From: an uncultured Bradymonadales bacterium
GTDB taxonomy: Bacteria > Myxococcota_A > Bradymonadia > Bradymonadales > Bradymonadaceae
Length of the DNA stretch: 36,490 nt
Direction: 5' to 3'
Assembly: GCA_964468515.1 (NCBI GenBank)
Contig: CAYXWB010000012.1
Location: forward strand, 1-36,490
Every line of letters begins with the position of its first letter. Position 1 is the first letter of the stretch. A program made the position numbers and the translations under genes. The notes under the pieces were generated by a model that was not told the DNA's origin, did no database searches, and saw nothing but the letters and a program-made list of their open reading frames with translations. Below, one piece after another: positions 19,033-27,356 of the stretch.

Positions 19033-20496
19033 CTAGAACACGAGGCTCAGGGCCGCGCCGCGCGCGTCATCGACGAACGACGACACGCCGCCAAGCTCCA
19101 TGTTCGGGCGCGCCACCAGGTCGCCCTCGCTCAAGCCCATGATCATCATGCTCGTGGTGCACACGATGAACGTGGCGCCTTGCTCTTGCGCGCTGTCGAG
19201 CAGCTGCTCCAAGCTCATGACCTGACGATCCTTCATGATGCCTTGCATGATGGCGGTGCCTGCGCCGCCGAAGTTGAGCTTGCCGAGCTGCTGACGGCGC
19301 GGCCCGCGCGGCATCATCCACTTGAACAGGCGCTGAAAGAGGCTGGGCTTGGGCTCGCCGGCAGTGTGCGAGGCGCGGTCGGCGCGCAGCAGGTTCACGC
19401 CCCAGAATGAGAAGAAGATCTTCACGTCCATGCCGCTCGCGGCGGCCGCGTTGGCCGTCATCAGCGCGGCCATCAGCGCCTCAAAGTCATTGTGCAGCAC
19501 CAGCAGCGTCGCGCGGCGATCGTGCGGCTGCACGGCGGGCAGGCGCGCGGTGGGGTGCGACCTGCGCATCGCGCGCGGTGGGGCGTCCGCGTTGAGCTTG
19601 ATGCGCGCTTGGATGCAGGTGCCGCTCTCAAGCGACAGCACCTTGTGCTCGCGCCCAGCGCACCAGCGCGTCAGCGGCAGCAAGAAGTCGAGGTCATCAC
19701 AGCGCAGCGCGACCTCAGGGCCGGTCAGCGACAGCGCGTCGAGCGCGTCGAGCTGCGCTTGGCGCTGGTCTTGGCTCAGGCCGCTCAGGTTGAGCTGGAT
19801 CGCCGCTGGCGAGCGCTCGCTTGGCGCGCCGGTGTGCTGAGACGTCGCCGCAGGTGCATCGAGCGGTTGAGGGGTCGCGCCCAGCGGCGCGCTCGCGCCG
19901 CTGCCTGGCTCAGCGCTGATGTGGGCGCGCAGCGCGCCGTCATGCTCCTCCAGCGAGAGCAGCTGATAGCCCGCGCTGCGACACCAGCTCGTCAGGTCGA
20001 GCGCGAACGCAGGATCATCAGCGAGCACGATGAACTCGGCGTGAGGATCGTGCGCCTTGACGCGGCGCGCCTCTTTGGCCAGCGCCAGGGTGGGTGCGGG
20101 GCAGCTCATGCCGCGCATGTCGAGCAGGCGCGGCTCGCCGCGCTCTTGCTGCTCATCGCGGCCTCGGTCAAGCATACCCGTGAGCGCCTGCGCGGGCAGG
20201 GCGTGCGTGGTGGTGCGGTGAGGGCGAACGGGCTGCTCATCCAAAGCGTCTGCGTCGCCGTTCAGCGCCACCGTCGCGGCGTAGCCGCCTTGGCTGAGCG
20301 TGTCCAGCTGCACGAGGGTGGCGCTGGCGCTGCGACACCAGCTCTTGAGGTCCACCGGGAAGGCGTCATCATCGCACAGGATGCGCAGGCGCGCGGGCGC
20401 CCCGCGCAGCGCGCGCGCCTCGCGCGCGGTGTTGAGGATCGGCTCGGGGCAGCGCAGCCCGCGATAGTCAAGCTCTTGTGTGATGGTCAAGGTCAT
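19033..20496 (-). CDS. Fusion of three TusA-like domains and a C-terminal DsrE/DsrF-like domain, a putative persulfide/sulfur-carrier protein.
   Basis: Two canonical TusA CPxP motifs (LDYRGLRCPEPIL; LDMRGMSCPAPTL) and a third degenerate copy lacking the Cys (LNLSGLSQDQ). The C-terminal region resembles DsrE/DsrF-like proteins and keeps a conserved Cys (LLVLHNDFEALMAALMTANAAAASGMDVKIFFSFWGVNLL...GATFIVCTTSMMIMG). ATG at 20496 with GGAG upstream. Confidence 0.75.
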   Translation of the reverse strand: MTLTITQELDYRGLRCPEPILNTAREARALRGAPARLRILCDDDAFPVDLKSWCRSASATLVQLDTLSQGGYAATVALNGDADALDEQPVRPHRTTTHALPAQALTGMLDRGRDEQQERGEPRLLDMRGMSCPAPTLALAKEARRVKAHDPHAEFIVLADDPAFALDLTSWCRSAGYQLLSLEEHDGALRAHISAEPGSGASAPLGATPQPLDAPAATSQHTGAPSERSPAAIQLNLSGLSQDQRQAQLDALDALSLTGPEVALRCDDLDFLLPLTRWCAGREHKVLSLESGTCIQARIKLNADAPPRAMRRSHPTARLPAVQPHDRRATLLVLHNDFEALMAALMTANAAAASGMDVKIFFSFWGVNLLRADRASHTAGEPKPSLFQRLFKWMMPRGPRRQQLGKLNFGGAGTAIMQGIMKDRQVMSLEQLLDSAQEQGATFIVCTTSMMIMGLSEGDLVARPNMELGGVSSFVDDARGAALSLVF

Positions 20497-20555
20497 CGTC
20501 AGGCGCTCCGGTCATTCGTGACTGCTTCAGCGTGGTGCAAGGGGCCGCGTCGCGC

Positions 20556-22616
20556 TCAGGGCTCGTGATGCAGGATCATGAGCTGACGAAAGACGAGGGT
20601 GTATTCTTGCTCCAGCGCGTCGCTCATCTGGAGCGCGTCAGCCCACGCTTCTTGCCGGATGAGGCCCGCGACGAGCTCAGCGAGGCGGCCGAGCTGGGCC
20701 GCGTCGATGCCTCGGGAGGCCTCGGTGATCTGCGCGCAGTGCAGGCGCGCCGCGTGCGCGTGGCGCAGCTCACAGGCCTCTTGGAGCGCGCTGAGCCAGT
20801 TGGGCATGTGGCCGATGATCCCCTCGATGATCTCGCGCCGCGTGGCGCTTGGCAGCGGCGTGAGCGAGGTCAGCGAGGCGCCTCGCGGCGCCAGGAGCTT
20901 GGCCACATGCTCGGACAAGGTGGTGATCGCCTCGATCGGGATCGCGCGCAGCGTGCGCGTCCCCTTGCGCGCCATGAGCGCCTCGGGATGCGCCGTGAGC
21001 ACCAGCAGCGGGCGCGGATCATCGGCCGCCGCGTTGAGCAGCCATTGCGCGCTGACTGAGCCATCAAGCGCGCGATCTGACAGCAACATCAGCGCGTCCC
21101 AGCCCCCCTCGCCGGCCCGCGTCATCAGCGCGTCTGGCGTCTCACACCAGACGATGTCCCAACGCAGCGCGCTGAGCTGCGCGCGCACCAGCTCACGCAA
21201 GACGGGGTTGTCATCCCAGATCAACAAGGTCTGAGGTGGCGTCTCGGGCAGCTCATGCGCGCTCGGGCTAGCGTGCAGCGCCACGCTGTGGCGCGCGAAC
21301 TCACCTGAGCTAGGCCGCGTGAACTCGCCAGAGGTGGGCCGCGTGAAGTGGCCTGAGCTGGTAGGGCGTCTCAGCAGCGCGCGCGCGGGCGCGTCGCGCA
21401 AGGTAGCGGCCACGTCGTGCTCGTGCTGCTCGCGCGCTGCTGAGGCGCGCGGCGCGGCGCGCATCGTCAGCATGGCCTCGGGCGTCGCGTCGTCGCTCGT
21501 GGCCTCCGAGCTCTGGGCGCCGACGCCCATGCCAGGGTTGGTGCGTGTGAAGGGGGCGGGCGCGGCGTGAGGCAGCTTCGCGCCCCTCAACGCGCTGGTG
21601 CCTGCGACGGGCGTCATCTGGCGCGTCCCGGCGCTCACCCACCATGACGGCGGCAGCGCCTCCTGCTGACGCAGCTGCTGCAGCGCGCTTAGCAGCTGGC
21701 GCGCGCTTGGTCGATCATCGGCGCTCGGTGACAACATCGCGCCCAGCAGCTGATCCAGCGCCTGCGGCAGCCGCGGCTGCACCGCGCGCGCCGAGGGGGC
21801 GGTGGTCGAGCGCGCGTGATGATCAAACAAGCTCGGCAGGCTCGTCACATGCGCCAGCAGCTCTCGCCCCGTGAGCGCCCACCACAAGATCGCCCCCAAG
21901 CTATAGATGTCAGAGGCGTGGCGCGCCTGCCCGACCAGCTGCTCGGGCGCCATATAACGCGGGGTGCCCAGCAGCTCCTGGCGCACCGTGGACGCGTCGC
22001 CCAGATGCGCCACGCCAAAGTCCAAGAGCGTGAAGTGCAGCTGCAGCGGCCCATCGCCTCGACTCACCATGATGTTATATGGCGTCACGTCGCGGTGGAT
22101 GATGTTCGCCTCGTGGATCGCCGCGAGCGCTTGCGCTGCCTGCTCCCACAGCTGCAGCAGCGCGCTCCATCGCAGCGGCTTGCCGCGCTCTAAATGCGCC
22201 GCTAGCGTGCTCCCCTCCACATACGCCATCGCCATCGCGGGCAGCCCCTGCGGCGTCTCTCCCACCATATATACGGTCGCTAAGTTCGGGTGCTGCACCC
22301 GCGTTGAGGCGCGAAACTCGATCGCGAAGCGCTCGCGTATTGTCTCCCCCTGCGGGCTGCTCATCAACGCCTCATGCGCGATCTTCACCACCGCATGCCG
22401 ATCCGTCCCATCCTGCGTCGCCAGATACACCCGCGCAAACGCGCCCTCTCCGAGCGGGCGCTGCAGCGTGAAACCTCCCAAAACGTGTGTCCCAATGCAC
22501 GCGTCTTGATGCGCAGGCAGCGGCTCTTCTGAGGTCGCTGAGGTCGCTGAAGTCGCTGAGGTCGCTGAGGTCGAAGTCGCGCGCGTGTCGCTGAGCTCGT
22601 GTTCAAAATGGGGCAT
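20556..22616 (-). CDS. Ser/Thr protein kinase with C-terminal receiver-like (REC) and Hpt-like domains.
   Basis: N-terminal Hanks kinase (GEGAFARVY, VVKIA, HRDVTPYNIMV, DFGVAH, APE). A Pro/Ala-rich linker follows. The C-terminus has a REC-like fold (LLIWDDNPVLRELV...WDALMLLSDRAL...LLVLTAH) and an Hpt-like helix (LRHAHAARLHCAQITEASRGIDAAQLGRLAELV). It lies 59 nt upstream of, and co-oriented with, the TusA-DsrE gene. Confidence 0.8.
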   Translation of the reverse strand: MPHFEHELSDTRATSTSATSATSATSATSEEPLPAHQDACIGTHVLGGFTLQRPLGEGAFARVYLATQDGTDRHAVVKIAHEALMSSPQGETIRERFAIEFRASTRVQHPNLATVYMVGETPQGLPAMAMAYVEGSTLAAHLERGKPLRWSALLQLWEQAAQALAAIHEANIIHRDVTPYNIMVSRGDGPLQLHFTLLDFGVAHLGDASTVRQELLGTPRYMAPEQLVGQARHASDIYSLGAILWWALTGRELLAHVTSLPSLFDHHARSTTAPSARAVQPRLPQALDQLLGAMLSPSADDRPSARQLLSALQQLRQQEALPPSWWVSAGTRQMTPVAGTSALRGAKLPHAAPAPFTRTNPGMGVGAQSSEATSDDATPEAMLTMRAAPRASAAREQHEHDVAATLRDAPARALLRRPTSSGHFTRPTSGEFTRPSSGEFARHSVALHASPSAHELPETPPQTLLIWDDNPVLRELVRAQLSALRWDIVWCETPDALMTRAGEGGWDALMLLSDRALDGSVSAQWLLNAAADDPRPLLVLTAHPEALMARKGTRTLRAIPIEAITTLSEHVAKLLAPRGASLTSLTPLPSATRREIIEGIIGHMPNWLSALQEACELRHAHAARLHCAQITEASRGIDAAQLGRLAELVAGLIRQEAWADALQMSDALEQEYTLVFRQLMILHHEP
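22531..22580 (-). repeat. In-frame 9-bp tandem repeat of about 5.3 copies, encoding (ATS)n at the kinase N-terminus.
   Basis: gaggtcgct gaggtcgct gaagtcgct gaggtcgct gaggtcgaa. On the coding strand it translates to TSATSATSATSATS. Confidence 0.6.
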
Positions 22617-23044
22617 AGCGCTGACCGAGGGGTGAGGTGGTGGAGCCGCTGCTTCAAAGGGACGCTCTGGAGGATAGGTCCGCCTGCTTTAAGGTCACAC
22701 AGATTCCTCTGGAAAATACAGCAGGGTTGTGTTTTTACAGTAGTGGTATCTGTTTGTCTTCTATGGGGAACCGCATCTTCAGGCTCGCGCGTCGCTGCTT
22801 CAATGGGGTGATAGGGCGCATGAACGCTCGCACAGCGCGCCTGCACGCGGCGTCGCCCATCTCCTGGCTAGATGAGCGCTGTCGGTCGTGCCGAGCACAG
22901 CGCGCGCCAAAGCCCACGCCTCTGCTCACGCTCACACCTGTATCCGCGCGGGTAGCGCATGCGCGAACATAAGCACAACCTCGCCAGCGGAGCGTCGTAG
23001 GCGTAGCTTTTATGCGGGATTGGCTCGCCGCGCTGCGCAGACGC

Positions 23045-23098
23045 ACCTCAGGCGGCGCTCAATGCACCGCCTGAGGGGGATGATGAGCACCCCCCTCA
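23045..23098 (-). terminator. Two overlapping GC-rich hairpins immediately downstream of the RND gene stop.
   Basis: cctcaggcgg...ccgcctgagg and cctgaggggg...ccccctcagg are inverted repeats. They lie 12-65 nt below the stop at 23110. Confidence 0.4.
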
Positions 23099-23109
23099 GG
23101 CGCGTCACC

Positions 23110-25581
23110 TCAGAGGTCGGCGCTGCGCTGCTCAGTCGCGCGCTCGCGGTCACGGTAGGCGTACAGCAGCAGCGGGGGCAACAGCAGCAGGTCGCCCAGC
23201 AGCGCGCCGCCGATGGTGATCGCCGTCAAGCGCGCGAAGTACACGCTCGGCTTGAAGTCGCTCCACAGCAACACCAGCAGCCCCGTGAGCAGCAGCACGC
23301 TGGTCAGCAAGATCGCGCGCCCCGCCCCATAGAACGTGTGCATCAGCGCGTCATGCGTCGTCGGCTGGCGATCAAGCTCCTCCTTGAACCTGGCCAAGAA
23401 GTGGATCGTGTCATCCACCGCCAGCCCCAAGCTGATCGCGAAGATGATGATCGTCGTCGTGTTGAGCGTGATGCCCGCCCACCCCATATACCCAAAGGTC
23501 GCGATCAGCGGCGTGAGGTTTGGGACCACGCTGATCAAGCCTAGCTTCAAGGAGCGAAACACCAGCGTCATCATCACGAAGATGATCACGCTCGCCATCA
23601 GCAAGCTCGCGAACAGGTCTCGGATGAACGAGTCCAGCGACACGCTCGCCACATAGGCGTCTCCGGCGAGCACGGTGGTGTAGCCTTGCGCTGGGGGGAA
23701 CAGCTCGCTCAGCTGCGCGCGCAGCGTGTCGCCCACCACGATCATGCGCTGCGCGCCAAAGTCGCTCACGCGCAAGAGCAGCCGCGCGTGGCTAAAATCA
23801 TCGGTGATGAACGCGCGCGCGCCGTCGCGGCTGTCCGGCGGCCCCTCAATGAGCAGGTGCAATTGCGCGATCTGCTCGGCGCTGTCCGGCATCACCGCGC
23901 GCTCGGCCACATCGCCCAAGAGCGCTTGGCGCGCCGCTTGGTGGAAGTCCACGAAGCTCTGCGTCGCCAACACCCCGTCGATCGCCCCCGCGCGCTGCTG
24001 CAACGTCGCGAGCTTCGCGTAGGCCTCAGGCGTCTTGAAGTGATCCTTGTCGGGGTGCTTGACGCTGATCTCCACGGGCAAGATCCCGCCCAGGCGCTCC
24101 TCCATCAAGACGGAGGTCTGATAGGTCGGGTGCGACTCCTGATAGATCTCCAGCAGCGTCGTGTCGATCCTCACCCGGCTGCCCAGCACGCCAAACCCTG
24201 CGGTGACCAGCAGGCCGCCGATGAGGAACAGCGCGGGTCGCCTGAGCACCGCGCGCGCCAGCACCATCAGCCCTCGCTCAAGCCAAGGCGCGCTCGCCAG
24301 CGCCTCAGGCGTCAGCGCGCCGCGCCTTGGCACCGCCGTCGCGCTGATGCGTCGCATCGGCTTGAGGTAGCTCAGCGCCGTCGGGATGAACAGCACCGTG
24401 AACACGAACGCGCACAGCACCCCGAACGCCGCCTGCAACCCAAAGCGCTGCAAGATGGTCGTGTCCGCTGACACCAAGCTCACGAACCCCACCGCCGTGG
24501 TCGCGCTCGTCAGCAAGCACGCCAAGCCCGTGTGGCGCAACATCGCGCGCGTCGCATCCATCGGCGCCAAGCCGCGCTCCGCTTCTTCCGCTTGGCGCGT
24601 CAGCATGTGGATGCTGTCCGAGATCCCGATGATGAAGATCATCGTCGGCAGGATGTTGTTGATGATGTTGATGGGAGAGTCGGTGAGCACCAGCATGGCG
24701 GTGGTCGCCAGCACGCTCAAGAGCACCGTGCCTAGCGGCAGCAGCGCGCCCGCCACGCGCCGAAACAGCGCGATCAAGATCAAGAAATAGATGAACCCCG
24801 TGAGCGGCACGAACGTGAGCTGCTCGCGCTTGAGGCTGTGCATCACGTCCACCCGCACGCGCGGGATGCCGCCCACCCGCACGCTGTAACCAGGCGGCAC
24901 AGCCGCCCTATCGATCACCGCCTGCACCGCCTCATTCACCCGCTCCAGATCGCTGGCCTCTTGCAGCCCATCATCCAGCCACAGCAGCACCGCGCTGACG
25001 CTGCCACGCTCATCCACCAGTCGCCCCTGCACCAGCGGCTCGCTCATGGCAAACGCGCGCACACGCGCCGCCTCCTCCGGTGAGAAGATGACGGTTGGGT
25101 CGTGTGGATCGGCGCCGCGCGCCTCCAGCAGCGTCATCGCCAAGGGGCGCGTCGTCAGCGCGCCGTCCTCGCTCGTGCGCGGCACCTCCATCGTGGTGAT
25201 CGACGCCGCGCGCTTGATGGTCGGGCGCGCCGCAGGCGCGTCCTCACCCGCAGCCGCGCGCGGCGCGATGAACCCAGGCACCTCCAACGCGCGCAAACCC
25301 AGCGTCAGCTGGTGCGTGTAGCTCAGCGCGCTCGTGTCGAACACGTCGCGCCCCTCATCCGCGACGACCAGCACCGCCAGCAGGTTGTCCTCGCGCCCAA
25401 ACGTGCGCGCCACCTCCTCGCGCACCGACGCGCGGTCCGATGACGAGGCGAACAGCTGCTGCGGCGTGAAGTTAAACGTCAAAAAAGGTACGCTCGTCGC
25501 GCACATCAGCCCCACCAGGAGCGTGACAACCAGCAGCGGCTTGCGGTACTTCAAGATCAGGGCGGCTAACGCTTCGACCAT
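23110..25581 (-). CDS. RND-superfamily exporter of MMPL/HpnN-like type, with 12 TM helices and two large periplasmic loops.
   Basis: Two repeated six-helix TM bundles, each preceded by a large soluble domain. Conserved RND TM motifs are present (GISDSIHML...; GLAVDDTIHFL). The ATG at 25581 (MVEALAALILKYRKP...) has AGAAGG upstream. The ORF-track start at 25650 adds a 23-aa extension. Confidence 0.85.
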   Translation of the reverse strand: MVEALAALILKYRKPLLVVTLLVGLMCATSVPFLTFNFTPQQLFASSSDRASVREEVARTFGREDNLLAVLVVADEGRDVFDTSALSYTHQLTLGLRALEVPGFIAPRAAAGEDAPAARPTIKRAASITTMEVPRTSEDGALTTRPLAMTLLEARGADPHDPTVIFSPEEAARVRAFAMSEPLVQGRLVDERGSVSAVLLWLDDGLQEASDLERVNEAVQAVIDRAAVPPGYSVRVGGIPRVRVDVMHSLKREQLTFVPLTGFIYFLILIALFRRVAGALLPLGTVLLSVLATTAMLVLTDSPINIINNILPTMIFIIGISDSIHMLTRQAEEAERGLAPMDATRAMLRHTGLACLLTSATTAVGFVSLVSADTTILQRFGLQAAFGVLCAFVFTVLFIPTALSYLKPMRRISATAVPRRGALTPEALASAPWLERGLMVLARAVLRRPALFLIGGLLVTAGFGVLGSRVRIDTTLLEIYQESHPTYQTSVLMEERLGGILPVEISVKHPDKDHFKTPEAYAKLATLQQRAGAIDGVLATQSFVDFHQAARQALLGDVAERAVMPDSAEQIAQLHLLIEGPPDSRDGARAFITDDFSHARLLLRVSDFGAQRMIVVGDTLRAQLSELFPPAQGYTTVLAGDAYVASVSLDSFIRDLFASLLMASVIIFVMMTLVFRSLKLGLISVVPNLTPLIATFGYMGWAGITLNTTTIIIFAISLGLAVDDTIHFLARFKEELDRQPTTHDALMHTFYGAGRAILLTSVLLLTGLLVLLWSDFKPSVYFARLTAITIGGALLGDLLLLPPLLLYAYRDRERATEQRSADL

Positions 25582-25678
25582 AAGCTCTTGCCTTCTCAGG
25601 TGGGCTTGCAAAGAAAAGATGAGGGCTGCGGCGGCGCCCATGATTGGCACGAATTAACCACAAACCTCAAGCGGTGAG

Positions 25679-26173
25679 ATGTCACAACCTACGGATCCAG
25701 AGCACACCTCCACACCACAACCTCGCGCGGTGATGGCCATTGACGTAGGCGCCAAGCGCATCGGCTTGGCCATCTCCGATCCGACGCGCGCTTATGCGCT
25801 GCCGCTTGCGACCATCGAGATCGACCCCGCGCGTCGCGATCGCGCCACCGCCGCGATCATCGCCCTGGGCGTAGAGCGGGGGGTGGGCCACGTCGTGATC
25901 GGCTGGCCGCTGACGCTCCAAGGCAAGCGCGGCCCAGCCACCGCCCGCGTCGAGGCCTTCGAGGCGCTGCTTCGCCCCCACCTCAAGCGCTTAAACCTCG
26001 ACTGGCCCATCACCCGCTGGGATGAGCGCATGACCACCGCCACCGCTGAGGCCCTGCTCATCGGCGCCGACGTCTCCCGCGCCAAGCGCAAGCAGGTCAT
26101 CGACCAGCTCGCCGCAGCCCACATCCTCGACGGCTTCCTGGCGAGCGAGCGCGCCGTTGACCAGCGAGGCTGA
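25679..26173 (+). CDS. ruvX: Putative pre-16S rRNA nuclease / Holliday-junction resolvase-like protein RuvX (YqgF).
   Basis: RNase H-like YqgF motifs (AIDVGAKRIGLAISD...; GHVVIGWPLTLQGKRGPATARVEAF; DERMTTATAEALL). An alternative ATG at 25733 gives the canonical short N-terminus. Confidence 0.8.
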   Translation: MSQPTDPEHTSTPQPRAVMAIDVGAKRIGLAISDPTRAYALPLATIEIDPARRDRATAAIIALGVERGVGHVVIGWPLTLQGKRGPATARVEAFEALLRPHLKRLNLDWPITRWDERMTTATAEALLIGADVSRAKRKQVIDQLAAAHILDGFLASERAVDQRG

Positions 26174-26178
26174 GCGTC

Positions 26179-27354
26179 GTGATAGCCGCTGAGCTGCTCA
26201 TCCCCCTGGCCCTCGCATGCCTGACGCTGCTCGCGCTCTGTGTCGCGCTGCGCTTCAGCGGGCGCGGGCGCGCCTACTGGCGCACCATGCGCCCCGTGCT
26301 GCGCCAGGGGCGTCAGGCGCTGCGCGCCCTTGATGCGCAGCAGCGCGAGCTCCAGTCGCTCATCGACGCCCCGCAAGTCCAGGCCGACGCCCTAGAGGCG
26401 CGCTGGCTCAAAGCGCAAGGTCCGCCACCGGTCGATGCCCTGGCGAGCGCGCCGGGTGTGGGGGAGGGGACGCTTGATCTGTTGCGTCGCCACAGGATCA
26501 CCGGGCTTGAGCAGGTGCGCTCGGTCGATCAGCTGACCAAGATCAAGGGCATCGGCCCTCACAAAGCGAGCGCCTTGGTCTTGGGCAAAGCCCAAGCCCA
26601 GGCGCAGTGGCGCGACAGCTCGCGCGCCCGCTACAAGCGCGAGGTCTTCCCGCGCGAGCACGCCTCCCTCATCGAGGACGCGCGCCGTGAGGCGGCGCGC
26701 GCGGGCGCGCGCCTGGCCATCTTGGAGGGGCAAGCCCCTTCAGAGGCGCGCAGGGCGACTGCGCGCGCCCTGCGCGGTGGCAATCTTGTGGGGGCGAACC
26801 TTCGCCCCGATCGGATGCCCGCCCTCATGCAAAAAGCCCAGCAGGCCATCCACTGGCTCGCGCGCTGCGAGGGCGTCGCGCAGGCCGCCCCTGTGGCGCT
26901 GCTTCGCGCCCCACAGCCGCTCGCGCGCGACCAGTGGATCGACGCGCTGCGCGATGAGTACACCTGGCAAGAGTTCGAGGACTACATCGCCGCGCTGTGG
27001 CGCGCGCAAGGTTACACCGTCGAGCAGACCGCGCGCGCGGGCGACCACGGCGCCGATGTGATCGCCGCCAAGGGCGACATCCGCTGGGCCATCGAGTGCA
27101 AGCAGTACGCGGCCACGACCTCCGTGAGCAACGAGATCGTGCGCAGCGTCGCCTCGCACAAGACGCGCGCTGACCTGCACATCTCCCACGCCTGCGTCGT
27201 CACCACGGGCCGCTTCACGGCCATGGCGCGCGAGGCCAGCCAGATGTTCCAGGTCACCTTGATCGGCCCCGATGAGCTGTGCGCGCTGATCGCCAAGACC
27301 AATCTCTTGCCGCAGACGCGCGCTGCGCGCGCCCATCAGCCCAGGAGGCGTTAG
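26179..27354 (+). CDS. Membrane-anchored protein with ComEA-like tandem helix-hairpin-helix motifs and a C-terminal Mrr-cat (PD-(D/E)xK restriction-endonuclease-like) domain.
   Basis: GTG start 5 nt after the ruvX stop. The stop lies 2 nt before the mltG ATG. N-terminal TM helix (LLIPLALACLTLLALCVAL followed by RFSGRGR). Two HhH motifs (ALASAPGVGEGTLDLL; LTKIKGIGPHKASALV). Mrr_cat pattern FEDYIAALWRAQGYTVEQTARAGDHGADVIA...WAIECKQYAATTSVSNEIVRSV...VVTTGRFTAMAREAS. Confidence 0.7.
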   Translation: MIAAELLIPLALACLTLLALCVALRFSGRGRAYWRTMRPVLRQGRQALRALDAQQRELQSLIDAPQVQADALEARWLKAQGPPPVDALASAPGVGEGTLDLLRRHRITGLEQVRSVDQLTKIKGIGPHKASALVLGKAQAQAQWRDSSRARYKREVFPREHASLIEDARREAARAGARLAILEGQAPSEARRATARALRGGNLVGANLRPDRMPALMQKAQQAIHWLARCEGVAQAAPVALLRAPQPLARDQWIDALRDEYTWQEFEDYIAALWRAQGYTVEQTARAGDHGADVIAAKGDIRWAIECKQYAATTSVSNEIVRSVASHKTRADLHISHACVVTTGRFTAMAREASQMFQVTLIGPDELCALIAKTNLLPQTRAARAHQPRRR

Positions 27355-27356
27355 CG

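Noticed and set aside
19492-20568. Plus-strand ORF of 358 aa.
   Set aside because: Antisense to the TusA-DsrE gene and extremely Arg/Ala-rich.
23686-24471. Plus-strand ORF of 261 aa inside the RND gene.
   Set aside because: Antisense artefact.
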